Notes under the pieces: generated by a model
The model's input: only the letters and a program-made list of their open reading frames with translations
Database searches by the model: none
Told to the model about the DNA's origin: nothing
Position numbers and translations under genes: made by a program
DNA from: a virus
DNA: 64,000 bases
Strand: one strand, 5' to 3'
IMG/VR virus record: IMGVR_UViG_3300045988_159115
Shown here: piece after piece, positions 1 through 9,961 of the stretch
How positions within the stretch are numbered: the stretch's first letter is position 1
Layout of the letters: the number at the start of each line of letters is the position of its first letter

Positions 1-240
1 GTCTTATAGGTGAATCCTGTATTTGCCATAAGCCCATTCTGATGAGTCATCTCACCAGAATAAAGCTGAGTGGAATCAGGAAGTACACCATAGAACTTCA
101 GACATGCAGACACGAAGCCAGAGCAATCAGAACGAGTCCGAATAGTACGTCCACCAATTGTGACGTTGACATATCTATTTGAACTGTATCCAACACCAGA
201 TCTTGCGATCTGCTTCTTTACTTCAATGACGATATCCATC
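1..240 (-). other. NlpC/P60- or CHAP-like Cys peptidase domain of the giant ORF (truncated by window edge)
   Basis: The sequence RTRSDCSGFVSACLKFYGVLPDS (Cys codon about 123-125) contains the DCSGFV catalytic-Cys motif typical of NlpC/P60-type peptidoglycan peptidases. The downstream His is outside the window. Confidence 0.45.
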
Positions 241-3200
241 CAGCGATCGCGATTGCTTCTACCACGGCCACCAACAACGCGACGAATGATATTACGGAAA
301 CTCTTACGATGGCCGGAACCACCATAAGGCTTGTAATCGTCAAACGTCCAAACTGCTGATGTGTTATTATTGAGCTCATCGGGAGACACTGCTCCAGAAT
401 ACTCAACGCCGCGAGGATCGTTAATGATAATATTGCCATTCGAATCAACGCCGTTTGCAACCACATAGTGGCCAGAATCAGTATAAGGAGAATTTCCATT
501 ACCGTTATCACGGCCAAGAAGCATGACAGGACCGTTGGAATTGCGAACCTTACTGACGATCTCAGAGGAAGACGGATTCCGTTCCATAGAAGAGCGTACG
601 CCATAAGCGCTTGCTGCATTCTGAACGAAATTCATATTCGTACCAGTTTCGTCACGGTCGCCAGTCTGCTGAGCAAGACGTGCAAGAGACACAGGATCAG
701 TGTGATTTGCAGAGACATCCGAAAGAACCATTGCCATAGCCGTCGGGCCACAGCCGGTATCAGACATTGTTGCAGATGCATCAGAACCATCAGCCTTAGA
801 GTAGGACTTCGATGCCCAACGAGAATCGTCCTGAGAATAATAAGTGCCACCATTCAGTGTATCAGGAGCAAGCCCACGACCACCGGATGTCTTACGGCGG
901 CCAGAGCCACCTTCAGTCTTGTTAATCTCTTTAACGTCATTATTGATCTGATCCCAATCAACACCGTTACCAGAACCACCATCTGTCTTCTTCTTACCAC
1001 GGATCCAATCCATGAGAGAAGTACCGATGGAGTTGATAGCGTTCTTAATGGTGTCTCCGATGCTGTTGAAAATTCGAGGAATACCTACTGTAATCCAAGA
1101 AGCAAGTTTAATGGCACCGCCAATAAACTTTTTGAGACCATTGTCTTTTGAGTTCGGCATTTCAGCCTTCTCGAATCCAGACCAAGACTTGCTAGGATCA
1201 GTATATTGCTTCAGAGTTGACTGATAAGCTGCAATATCCTTATCAATTCCACCAAGTCCGACTGCAGTGAGAGCCTTGTCGACAAGTCCGCCGATCTTAT
1301 TCATGGCATAATTATAACCAGTGACAATATACATCGGAGCTCTGGAAATCTTAACGATTGCACCAGATAAGAGGCCCTTAGTTTTATCCTTACCAGCAGA
1401 AAGGAATTTAGAAAAGTCGCCAGTCACAGCAGCGTCCCAAGACTCGCCAACACCAGTCTTAATTGCGTCAATCTGCTCTTGATGGCTATCAATGAATTCA
1501 TCAATCTTACCCTTAACGCCTCTGATAGCAAATGCAGGGAGAGATCCGATAAGGAACGGAAGCTTCAGAACACCACAGACTGCTCCAGAGATTCCAGCAA
1601 GAGGACCATCAAAGTCGATATTAGCGTTACCAATTGCAGAAGGATCACCCTTCACCATATTGACGCTATAATCGGCAAGATGCTTAGGAATTTCAGCAAT
1701 ATTACCTGCTGCTCCGCCAATAAACTCAGGAACTTTCTTAAGCAGGAAGTCTCCACCAACAGATCCAAGCTTGCCAATCAAATGACCGACAAACACTGCA
1801 ACCTTACCAACACCAAGTGTTGCTCCGATGATTCCGTGGAGAGGGTTGTTCGGATCGGAAGTATTGACTTTAGCCTTTGCATAAGACATGAAATCAATAT
1901 TTGGATCGTTGAAGTTCTGATTGATTGTGCGGAAACCTGTTACAAGTGCACTACCAGCATCACCAAGAGTAGTAGTAAGATTCTTTCCAAAATTACCAAA
2001 GAACTGCTTGGCAGAATTAAATCCGCCCTTAATCATTTCAATGGGTTTTGTAAGAAGTCCACTCTTCTGCTCAGTAGTATCCTCGTAGCGACCGTTCTCA
2101 CCAGTCTGTCCCTCGAATGCTCTAGCATCAAGCTTAGCTGTTCCCAGCTGCTTACCAGTTGTAGCATCGTATGCCGAGAAAGTACCATCACTGTTTTCAC
2201 GATACTCAGTATTGGACTGCTTATCGACGAAAACTCTCTGCTTCTTACCGACGAGTTTCTCACGAGCCTTGTCGCCAAAGCCCTTAAGACCCTTCTGAAG
2301 ACGAGAACCAAGTGTCTGATTCTTCTCATCATTATAGTCAGCAAACGACTGAATATTTGCGCCATACTCGCCATTCTTAGCACCCTCAGTGAATTGCTCC
2401 AAAGTAACGCTAGGATCGAGCAGGCCTGCTTTGATCATCTCATTATACTGAGACTCAAGGTTTGAACTCACATTGGCATCGTATGCTTCCTTAAGTTCAG
2501 TCTGACCAGCAGCCAGAGCAGCAAACTTATCGTCACCAGCCACCATCTGATAAATCAGAGTAGCCAGTTCAGTATACATATCAACGCCAGTAACAGAAAC
2601 GATCAACTCATTGACACAGTCAACGATACTACCAAATGTTGAACCACTGAATGCACCAAAGAGTCCAGCGATGATCATCATAGTAGCATCTGGCTGACTA
2701 GATGTGCGGAAAAGTCTCTTAGCACCAGAAACGCCATTGATAGCACCAAGAACCACCCAAGTAGATTCTTTTGCTGCATAACCAACAACTGTAGTTGCGA
2801 GACCAGCTGCTGTGCCGAGAATAGTTGCAATCTTAGCAGAAATCTTCTTAAAGTGCTTCTGGACACATCCGGTCGCACTAGACAGAAGTTTGGTAACCTT
2901 ACCAGGTTTGATTGAGCCGCCAAATCGAGCGCTTGCTTTCTCCATGATGCTAGAGAAGAATTTCTTCACAACGTCAATGACTTTTGTGATACCACTCTTC
3001 TCACTTGCAGCCATGATCTTATCAGCTGTTGTATTCGCAAACTTACCAACCTTCGATGCAACAGATGCTACATGGTCACCGTTATTGATGTTATCCTCCA
3101 TCATTCCTGTGAGGATTTCATTGGAGAAGGTTTCGTTCGATAATGCCTTACCAGCACCATACTTGAAACCATTCACTGCAGAAGAGGTAACCTCAAGGTA

Positions 3201-6200
3201 TTTATTCTTGATACCACTACCAATCTTATTCTTAAGACCAGAGACAGCTTTACCGGCTCTTGTATTAGCAAGAGCATTGCCGATGAATTTTCCACCCTTA
3301 CGAAGATCACCACCAAGGTTCTTGATGTTGTCAATTCCACCCTTCACCTTAGGAATAGCCTTCTTACCAGCCTCATAGATCGTGTTTGCGCCACCAGCAA
3401 CGCCTTGCGCGAGAAGCTTGGTACGAGCTCCAGTTTCGTTGTAAATATTACCGTCCTTATCATAGAGGAAACTCTTGATAGCGTCCGGAATATTACCAGT
3501 AAGAAGATTACCAACGGTGTTCTTCAAACCATCCAGTTCATCAGAAATGACATCTGCAGATGTTCTACCGTCACCGAGTCTTTCCTTTCCATACATATAG
3601 TCCGAAACAAGACGTTCTGCAGGATTCGTTGACTCGGAAGACCCATTGCCAGGATTTGCAAAGAGACTGATAAGTCTACCAAGAAGCTTCAGCACCATAG
3701 GAGCAAGGAGAATGAATGCACCTGTGATAATACCCTTCTTCGAGAAAATCGAATTCCAGATAGTATTATGAGAATGAATACCTTCGTTAATGGATTCCAT
3801 CAAACCAGTATTCTTCTTATCCTTTGCTTCCTGCTCAGCCTTTTCATCAACAGCAGCACGCTGAGCACGCTGTTCATCTGCTGTCTTACCCTTAGGAGCA
3901 GACTGATCCGGATTGATAGTTGCGTCACCGTAAGAAATCTCACCATCGGTAGTTTCCTCACTAGCAACGGTCTTACTAGGATCAATCGTAGCATTGGCTT
4001 TCAGTGCAGAAGTGATTGCGGTATTTGCACCAGCAAACGGAGAATTTGAATTTCCAATATTCGGTACCGAAATATTGGTAGGAGCCTTCACGGACGCATC
4101 CGTAGAAGTATAGGTTTTCGTGATATTGGTATCGGCATCTTCACGAGCAGTTTCCATATCACTAAATCCACCCTTAACGGTATCAAAGATACCACCGAGC
4201 AGATCACGGATATCCGCAAAGATACCTACGAGGCCAGTACGAGCAGAAGCATCATTCGGAATGACCTTCTCGCCACCAGCCATCTCACGAACTTCAGGAC
4301 CGCTGGTACCGACGACAGTTGCACCCTTATCGGTAACAACCATCTCTTCGCCTTCCTCACCGACATCGGCGGGACCCGGCTTAGCATTATCGGTACCATC
4401 AGCATAATGAGCACGCTTCCTCTTTGCTTCAAGCTCCTCTTTGCGTCTACGGCGACGTTCCTCAAGTGCACGATGTGCTGCTTCCTTTGCTTCGCGATTT
4501 GCTTTGACGCGATCAAGATACGCCTCATAGTTAATATCGCGTTGCTGTTTCATCTCATGACGAGTCTGATCGGAATCCAGCATCGTGCCATTCTTACGAC
4601 GGTCTTTACGACGCTGCTTATAATCTTTATTCGATTCTTTAGCGCCAGCACGAAGACCACCGATATTGGACAGAGCAACTTCAATACCGCCAAAGAACCC
4701 ATAGTCCTTCATGTAGTCAGAGAACTTCTTTTGACGATCCTTAGAAGACGACTTTGTTGCGCGATCACGTGCAGCTTCAGCAATCTTAATTTCAGCACCA
4801 TGATTTCCGTTCTCATCCTTATGAAGAAGCTCAATATTGCGATCGGTGTTACGATCAGTATATCCCTGAGCCTTACCTGTTGTAAAAGCTTCCGCCTTTG
4901 CTTCGTCTTTTGTAAGCTTAGGTTTACGGCCAAGAATAAAATCGAGCGCCTTATGAAGAATAGCATTCGTATCCTTCTGGACATCGAGCGATGCATCCTG
5001 GAATTTCTCAGTTTTGATCTGAGATTCAGTCTTGATGGCATCTCCCTTGAAACTGATATGCTCACCACGCTCAAGCGCAGCAGCTTTTGCAAATGCACGG
5101 TTTTCCTCAGTATCTTCCGATCTCTGATTCTTCGTGTACTTTGCAATCAGTCTCTGGTTATTAAGGAGGTCTTTGCGTTTCTGCCGACGCTCCTTAGCCA
5201 TATTCTTCTGACGTTCTTTTTTTTCCTTATTTAAACGAACTCTTGTCGCCCAAGGAAGACCCTTACCGGCATCTTTAATACTGCCATCAGGATTAAAGAG
5301 CATCTTGGAGCTAACGTCCTTCTTTTCCATTCCGTACTTTGTTGAATCCCAAACCTTACGGAAATAAGCTCCGAGACCACTACCCTCTTCGCGCTTCTCA
5401 GCTCCAAGACCAAAGAACTTACGACCCTTATCAATGATACCATTGATCCAAGTCATAGGATTCATGAAGTGAAGGATGTTCTTAACAGATTTTGTGATTG
5501 CGCCAGTAACCTGATCACGAACGTAAGTAACAGCAGACTTTGCAAGATCAACCACAGGACTCACAAGACGGCGCATACCGCCCTGAACCCAGCGAAGAGC
5601 ATCTTGTGCACTCTTGAAAGCAGTCTGAATCAGACGCATCGGCCAAGAATTCATGACGGCGTCTTTTACATCACGAAGAACCGAGATGCCAAAACGACCA
5701 ATATGAGCGACAGTGCCGATGATCTTATCATTAATGAATCCGAATGTCTTCTGAACTGCCTTAAACGGGAGAGAAACAGCAGTGCCAATAGCTTTTGCAG
5801 CAACACCGAGTGCCTTAGAGAATACACCAAAAGTAGTCTTAACTGCGAGACCGATCGGAGTAGTAATCGCCTTAATAGCGAGACCAACGCCATGACGAAG
5901 TGCAGTAGCCATGGGCGACAGCATTGTCATAACGAGATTGATCGGTGTAGAAATGATTGCTTTAGCAGCTCCCCAGATAGCATTACCAGCTGCAGTAGCT
6001 GCGGCAGTAACAGGCTGAAGAATCTTCTTCGTAGCATCGACCATTCCACCAAGGAAGTCTTCCTTAATGAATCGGCCGACATCTTTTGCAGTATTCCAAG
6101 CAAACGAAGTCAGACTACCAATCATGGACGATACAGCATCGCCAATCGGTTCCATGATCAGAGTGATCTTATTGAAGACGTCAAACTGAAGGAAATTCTT

Positions 6201-9200
6201 CGCGTCGTCAATGAAGTTTGCAGCAGCATTCTTGATAGGCTGGAATACGGAGACATTCAGAGCATTCTTAAACTGGCCAAGAATACCTTCTCGTTTTACT
6301 CCAGTCTCTTCATCAACTTTGCCGAACAGCCATTCATGGAAGTTATCCTTCTGAGCAAGAATAGCTGCACCAAGACCAAGAGATGCACCGAGAACAGGAC
6401 CGCCAACGAGAGTACCGAGTAAGCCGCCTGTGCCAAGGCCAATACCAAGCATACCAGCAAGCTTACCGCCAGAAACGCCACCATTGGATTCAGCATCACC
6501 AACGATGTTGCGCATCCACTTCTTGCCAAGAGTGACAATACCGAGCTGTCCGTTTTCAGCATCACCAAAAAGGAACTTCTGGAAAATTTCACTCTTTAAA
6601 ACAGTAGCGGATGCAAGACCCATGAGTGCGCCAGCAATAGGACCGCCGACGATAGTACCGAGGATACCACCACCAGTGATTGTACCAGTAACGGCACCTA
6701 CTGCAGCGCCGCCTGTTAAGAACTTTCCATGCTCATGGAAGAATTCTTGAGTTTTATCACTGATAAAGCCTTCGTGGTCTTCTGTACCAAAAAGCCAATC
6801 TTGGAATTTTTCAGACTTTGAAAGAATACCACCAGCAAAGCCAAGAAGAGCTCCGCCGATAGGACCACCGACGAGAGTACCGAGTAAACCGCCAGCAGCA
6901 ACGCCGCCAGCAGCACCAACGGCTGCGCCAGCCATTCCGGAAGGAAGCATCTCAGAGGCTTTCTCTTTGATAGAATCAATGACTTCTTGCTGAGTCTTCT
7001 CATCATCTTCGTCATCATTCGTACCAAAAAGAGCGTTCTTCCAACCAACTAATCCTTTACGTAAAGAATCTGCTACAGAAGATAATCCAGAGGTAGCCTT
7101 ATGAATAAGGCCTTCTTTTCCAGATTCTTCTTCGCCCTCTTTTTTCTCGCCAAAGAGACGAACCTCAATACCTTCTTTGATATGATTGACCATACCGGTA
7201 AGCTTACCCTTAACGGTATTCTTCATCTCTTCGTCATTGGCCTTCGGAACAGCAGTGCCATCTGCTGCAATGTAACCTTCACCTGTGATCATATGGCGCA
7301 GGCCAAAATATGATTCACGGATTCGGTTATTCACACCAGAAAGAATACCATTCTGCTTATAGCCATTCTCGTCCTTGCTACCAAAGAGAGTTTCTTTTAA
7401 AGGAGTAAGGAATTTCTCAGAGATATATTCTCCGGCCTTAGTAAACGAAGCACCAAGACCCTTCATCATAGCGTCCCAAGCAGCATCAGAATCTCCATTC
7501 ATGATACCAGCAAGGACGCCACTCGCTTTCTGGAAGAAAGTAGCAGTAATACCACCAAGCTGACCTTTTTCAGGTTCAGGCTGAACGATATTCGGCTGAG
7601 CAGCAAAGAGCTTTTCGTAGTCGTCTGCTGTCTGCGGGCCCTCAGGTTCAGGAGGATTGACAAAATGATTCAATACGGGAGCCTGGCTCGCTGCTTGTTG
7701 TGCAGAAACGAGCAGACCGTGAGCATTCTGCTTAAACCCTTCCATCAACGGATGATTCGGTACATATACACCAGTTTTCTGGTCTCTATGGTACATCGTT
7801 CCGTCAATGCCCTTTGTCTCGTCATTATACGGGATTCTGATATCGTCGTCAATATCTACGCCGTCCAGCTTACGACGAATCTGGACGAAAATACCACGAC
7901 GAAGAATATCCCGAATGTCAGTGACAAGAGAAGGAAGAGAAGCTGCCGGGCTCGGATTAACAGGACGAATCTCTCCACCCTGCTTAATCGTCTCAACAGC
8001 ACGGTCATTGATCATCTGATCAATATTACGGCCATCAAAAATCTTACCGACGTTATTATGCTCACCCGCTTCGTTGTAACCGGTAACAGATTTGACTCGG
8101 TTTGCAGATGCTCTCTGCTTTGCATAGTTTGCGGAAATTAATGCTCCATCATTGGTTTTCACCATATTCTGGAACATGCCAAGATAAGCATTCTTTACCC
8201 GCTCATCAGCAGTCTCAAGACTATTGATAAGAGTCTCTCGATTCAGGGCATCTTCAAGACGAAGCGGACCATTGATCTGCTCCATCTTGAGAAACAGCTC
8301 AGGAAGACTCTTTAAGAATGATTCTTGGAGAGCTGGATCAACTGACCCAAGGTTTGCAGCATAAATCTTTGCTTTCTTACCAAAATCACTCTTGTTAAAT
8401 TCATTGACCGTATCATACGTGAGGTTATCCGTGATCTCATCACGCATCTGTTTTACGGTCTTATATCTGCCTTCCTCCCAATCATATGCCTGAATATTCT
8501 TATCGAAATCACTCGCGTTCTTACCAGTAACAGCAATTGCGATCTGCTGTAAATATCCGGTAGACTCACGAAGATATTTCGGAATAATTTCAGTAATGGC
8601 ATGGTTGGCCATTCCGTTATACGGAACCGGAGTCGCGTCAACTCTCTTGAGGTCAAAATCTTTGGTACGCTTTGTTCTCGTACCAAAGATAGCACCAATT
8701 GTACGCTTACCTTCACCAATGAGGGTTGCATCATCTTCACCCCAAGCACCAATACGCTCAAGGACAGAAGGAATGAATGCTTTCAAAGTATTATCAAACT
8801 GCTTCATAGCAGATTTGGTAATCTTCGGAATCATTGCATCAATACCCATCTTAAGAGCAGCGCCTACAGGATTTGCTGTAAGAGCTTCCTTGTTCTCAAG
8901 AAGAGTATTTGCCATACCAACCACGTTACCGAGTGCGGTTGCAGATTGGTCAATCTTTTTGATATTCTGAGTAACGTACTTGACATAATTACCCAGATCG
9001 AATCCGCCTTCCATGGTGACAAGGTCCTTCGAAGTGATCTCGTCTTTCCCACCCTTGTACGGATCTTCCTGCTTAGGAGTCATTTGCTCATAGTATGCGA
9101 TAGAAGCATCTATGAACTTCGTCATATTCTCTGTCTGATAATTCAGTAATGCAGAGATGTTAGAATTAATTGACGTTAACTGACCAATTACTTCTTGACC

Positions 9201-9803
9201 GATCTCAGCATTTTTTGCCAAAGAAATAGACGTAAGCGAAACCATCGCATCAACTTGTGCCTTAGCAGCAGTAAGTTGATACTCGGATTGCTTTTGGATT
9301 AATCGAACGGTCGCATCATTGCTTCCATTAGACTGCGTTTGATTAACTACGTTATTATTGATTTGGACATTTGTGTCGTCATCAATATCTGAGAAAGAAA
9401 CGTCTCCAGAAGAATCAAAGAGTTTATCAATATCATCTTCTGAAAATTGATCTTTCTGGTCACCATAACCACCCATGAGCGCTTTTTCTTCACGCTCTTT
9501 ATTATAGAGATTACCAGATTTCAAGTCTTGCAGCGAGTTATCAATTACCTGCTGGGCGAATTTAACTGCCGGAGTACCTTTGATCATGGTAATTACTTTT
9601 CCGGAGGTTAACTTTGAATCTCGAATGGTCTTTGCAACTTCCGATGAAGATTGTGATACCGACTTAATAGTAGAAGCGGTTGACGGCATGATGTCTTTGA
9701 TGACTTCAGTGCCAGCCAAACCGAGACTATTAAGAGCATTTCGTAACCAAGGAGAATTTAACTTCGTCCTGGTTACCGTGATATCGGTATTTTTCTTAGC
9801 CAT
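1..9803 (-). CDS. giant virion-associated protein (tape-measure/ejection-like) with C-terminal cell-wall hydrolase domains; C-terminus runs off the left edge (at least 3267 codons in window)
   Basis: My own minus-strand translation from ATG 9803-9801 (SD-like GAAAGGAG about 13 nt upstream) reads MAKKNTDITVTRTKLNSPWLRNALNSLGLAGTEV... and meets no stop down to position 1. It is absent from the track only because its stop lies outside the window. Every track ORF between 218 and 9843 is a short alternative-frame ORF inside it. It contains basic/coiled-coil stretches, three glycine-zipper TM modules and two Cys-peptidase-like domains. Confidence 0.85.
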   Translation of the reverse strand, partial: MAKKNTDITVTRTKLNSPWLRNALNSLGLAGTEVIKDIMPSTASTIKSVSQSSSEVAKTIRDSKLTSGKVITMIKGTPAVKFAQQVIDNSLQDLKSGNLYNKEREEKALMGGYGDQKDQFSEDDIDKLFDSSGDVSFSDIDDDTNVQINNNVVNQTQSNGSNDATVRLIQKQSEYQLTAAKAQVDAMVSLTSISLAKNAEIGQEVIGQLTSINSNISALLNYQTENMTKFIDASIAYYEQMTPKQEDPYKGGKDEITSKDLVTMEGGFDLGNYVKYVTQNIKKIDQSATALGNVVGMANTLLENKEALTANPVGAALKMGIDAMIPKITKSAMKQFDNTLKAFIPSVLERIGAWGEDDATLIGEGKRTIGAIFGTRTKRTKDFDLKRVDATPVPYNGMANHAITEIIPKYLRESTGYLQQIAIAVTGKNASDFDKNIQAYDWEEGRYKTVKQMRDEITDNLTYDTVNEFNKSDFGKKAKIYAANLGSVDPALQESFLKSLPELFLKMEQINGPLRLEDALNRETLINSLETADERVKNAYLGMFQNMVKTNDGALISANYAKQRASANRVKSVTGYNEAGEHNNVGKIFDGRNIDQMINDRAVETIKQGGEIRPVNPSPAASLPSLVTDIRDILRRGIFVQIRRKLDGVDIDDDIRIPYNDETKGIDGTMYHRDQKTGVYVPNHPLMEGFKQNAHGLLVSAQQAASQAPVLNHFVNPPEPEGPQTADDYEKLFAAQPNIVQPEPEKGQLGGITATFFQKASGVLAGIMNGDSDAAWDAMMKGLGASFTKAGEYISEKFLTPLKETLFGSKDENGYKQNGILSGVNNRIRESYFGLRHMITGEGYIAADGTAVPKANDEEMKNTVKGKLTGMVNHIKEGIEVRLFGEKKEGEEESGKEGLIHKATSGLSSVADSLRKGLVGWKNALFGTNDDEDDEKTQQEVIDSIKEKASEMLPSGMAGAAVGAAGGVAAGGLLGTLVGGPIGGALLGFAGGILSKSEKFQDWLFGTEDHEGFISDKTQEFFHEHGKFLTGGAAVGAVTGTITGGGILGTIVGGPIAGALMGLASATVLKSEIFQKFLFGDAENGQLGIVTLGKKWMRNIVGDAESNGGVSGGKLAGMLGIGLGTGGLLGTLVGGPVLGASLGLGAAILAQKDNFHEWLFGKVDEETGVKREGILGQFKNALNVSVFQPIKNAAANFIDDAKNFLQFDVFNKITLIMEPIGDAVSSMIGSLTSFAWNTAKDVGRFIKEDFLGGMVDATKKILQPVTAAATAAGNAIWGAAKAIISTPINLVMTMLSPMATALRHGVGLAIKAITTPIGLAVKTTFGVFSKALGVAAKAIGTAVSLPFKAVQKTFGFINDKIIGTVAHIGRFGISVLRDVKDAVMNSWPMRLIQTAFKSAQDALRWVQGGMRRLVSPVVDLAKSAVTYVRDQVTGAITKSVKNILHFMNPMTWINGIIDKGRKFFGLGAEKREEGSGLGAYFRKVWDSTKYGMEKKDVSSKMLFNPDGSIKDAGKGLPWATRVRLNKEKKERQKNMAKERRQKRKDLLNNQRLIAKYTKNQRSEDTEENRAFAKAAALERGEHISFKGDAIKTESQIKTEKFQDASLDVQKDTNAILHKALDFILGRKPKLTKDEAKAEAFTTGKAQGYTDRNTDRNIELLHKDENGNHGAEIKIAEAARDRATKSSSKDRQKKFSDYMKDYGFFGGIEVALSNIGGLRAGAKESNKDYKQRRKDRRKNGTMLDSDQTRHEMKQQRDINYEAYLDRVKANREAKEAAHRALEERRRRRKEELEAKRKRAHYADGTDNAKPGPADVGEEGEEMVVTDKGATVVGTSGPEVREMAGGEKVIPNDASARTGLVGIFADIRDLLGGIFDTVKGGFSDMETAREDADTNITKTYTSTDASVKAPTNISVPNIGNSNSPFAGANTAITSALKANATIDPSKTVASEETTDGEISYGDATINPDQSAPKGKTADEQRAQRAAVDEKAEQEAKDKKNTGLMESINEGIHSHNTIWNSIFSKKGIITGAFILLAPMVLKLLGRLISLFANPGNGSSESTNPAERLVSDYMYGKERLGDGRTSADVISDELDGLKNTVGNLLTGNIPDAIKSFLYDKDGNIYNETGARTKLLAQGVAGGANTIYEAGKKAIPKVKGGIDNIKNLGGDLRKGGKFIGNALANTRAGKAVSGLKNKIGSGIKNKYLEVTSSAVNGFKYGAGKALSNETFSNEILTGMMEDNINNGDHVASVASKVGKFANTTADKIMAASEKSGITKVIDVVKKFFSSIMEKASARFGGSIKPGKVTKLLSSATGCVQKHFKKISAKIATILGTAAGLATTVVGYAAKESTWVVLGAINGVSGAKRLFRTSSQPDATMMIIAGLFGAFSGSTFGSIVDCVNELIVSVTGVDMYTELATLIYQMVAGDDKFAALAAGQTELKEAYDANVSSNLESQYNEMIKAGLLDPSVTLEQFTEGAKNGEYGANIQSFADYNDEKNQTLGSRLQKGLKGFGDKAREKLVGKKQRVFVDKQSNTEYRENSDGTFSAYDATTGKQLGTAKLDARAFEGQTGENGRYEDTTEQKSGLLTKPIEMIKGGFNSAKQFFGNFGKNLTTTLGDAGSALVTGFRTINQNFNDPNIDFMSYAKAKVNTSDPNNPLHGIIGATLGVGKVAVFVGHLIGKLGSVGGDFLLKKVPEFIGGAAGNIAEIPKHLADYSVNMVKGDPSAIGNANIDFDGPLAGISGAVCGVLKLPFLIGSLPAFAIRGVKGKIDEFIDSHQEQIDAIKTGVGESWDAAVTGDFSKFLSAGKDKTKGLLSGAIVKISRAPMYIVTGYNYAMNKIGGLVDKALTAVGLGGIDKDIAAYQSTLKQYTDPSKSWSGFEKAEMPNSKDNGLKKFIGGAIKLASWITVGIPRIFNSIGDTIKNAINSIGTSLMDWIRGKKKTDGGSGNGVDWDQINNDVKEINKTEGGSGRRKTSGGRGLAPDTLNGGTYYSQDDSRWASKSYSKADGSDASATMSDTGCGPTAMAMVLSDVSANHTDPVSLARLAQQTGDRDETGTNMNFVQNAASAYGVRSSMERNPSSSEIVSKVRNSNGPVMLLGRDNGNGNSPYTDSGHYVVANGVDSNGNIIINDPRGVEYSGAVSPDELNNNTSAVWTFDDYKPYGGSGHRKSFRNIIRRVVGGRGRSNRDRWMDIVIEVKKQIARSGVGYSSNRYVNVTIGGRTIRTRSDCSGFVSACLKFYGVLPDSTQLYSGEMTHQNGLMANTGFTYK
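405..850 (-). other. peptidase C39-like (papain-fold Cys peptidase) domain of the giant ORF
   Basis: The sequence reads YYSQDDSRWASKSY...SDTGCGPTAMAMVLSD (Cys codon about 750-752) ...GHYVVANGVDSNGNIIINDP (His codon about 468-470). This is the typical Q...W / CGPT / GHY..V / DP layout of the C39_2 family, recalled from memory. Confidence 0.6.
6321..6893 (-). repeat. three tandem glycine-zipper membrane modules inside the giant ORF
   Basis: R1 (6786-6893) is GGLLGTLVGGPIGGALLGFAGGILSKSEKFQDWLFG. R2 (6564-6671) is GGILGTIVGGPIAGALMGLASATVLKSEIFQKFLFG. R3 (6321-6428) is GGLLGTLVGGPVLGASLGLGAAILAQKDNFHEWLFG. Spacing is 222 and 243 nt. The repeat is also visible at DNA level (ggaccNccNacgaNagtaccgag). 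Confidence 0.85.
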
Positions 9804-9884
9804 AGTGGCTCATCCACTCCTTTCTATTTTGAGAGTTGAGTAGATCGCAATACTCATTAATACAATGATTAACCGTTACAAGTC

Positions 9885-9892
9885 TGTTTTTA
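9885..9892 (-). promoter_or_regulatory. TAAAAACA upstream motif (copy M1), ahead of the giant gene
   Basis: In gene orientation the sequence is CCTCTTAAAAACAGACTTG, 82-89 nt upstream of ATG 9803. It shares TAAAAACAGA with copy M5. Confidence 0.35.
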
Positions 9893-9910
9893 AGAGGATT
9901 TGCCAATGGA

Positions 9911-9960
9911 CGGACAAAAAAGAAGACTACACGCTATAAATTAGCAATGTAGTCTTCTTT
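9911..9960 (-). terminator. intrinsic terminator after the 125-aa gene
   Basis: Stem agaagactaca/tgtagtcttct (9921-9931 / 9948-9958), flanked by an A-run and a T-run. It is usable on both strands and lies directly after the stop at 9962. Confidence 0.7.
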
Positions 9961-9961
9961 T

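Noticed and set aside
1-9803. The absence of a long track ORF here might indicate stop-codon reassignment (an alternative genetic code).
   Set aside because: The standard code gives a clean open frame on the minus strand. The ORF is missing from the track only because its stop is outside the window. All other genes terminate normally with TAA, TGA or TAG.
218-9843. About 45 track ORFs of 60-330 aa on both strands (for example 1479-2465 +, 5469-6422 +, 4407-5234 +).
   Set aside because: All lie in alternative frames of the uninterrupted giant minus-strand ORF 1-9803. They lack SD sequences and translate to low-complexity Cys-, Ser- or Leu-rich strings.
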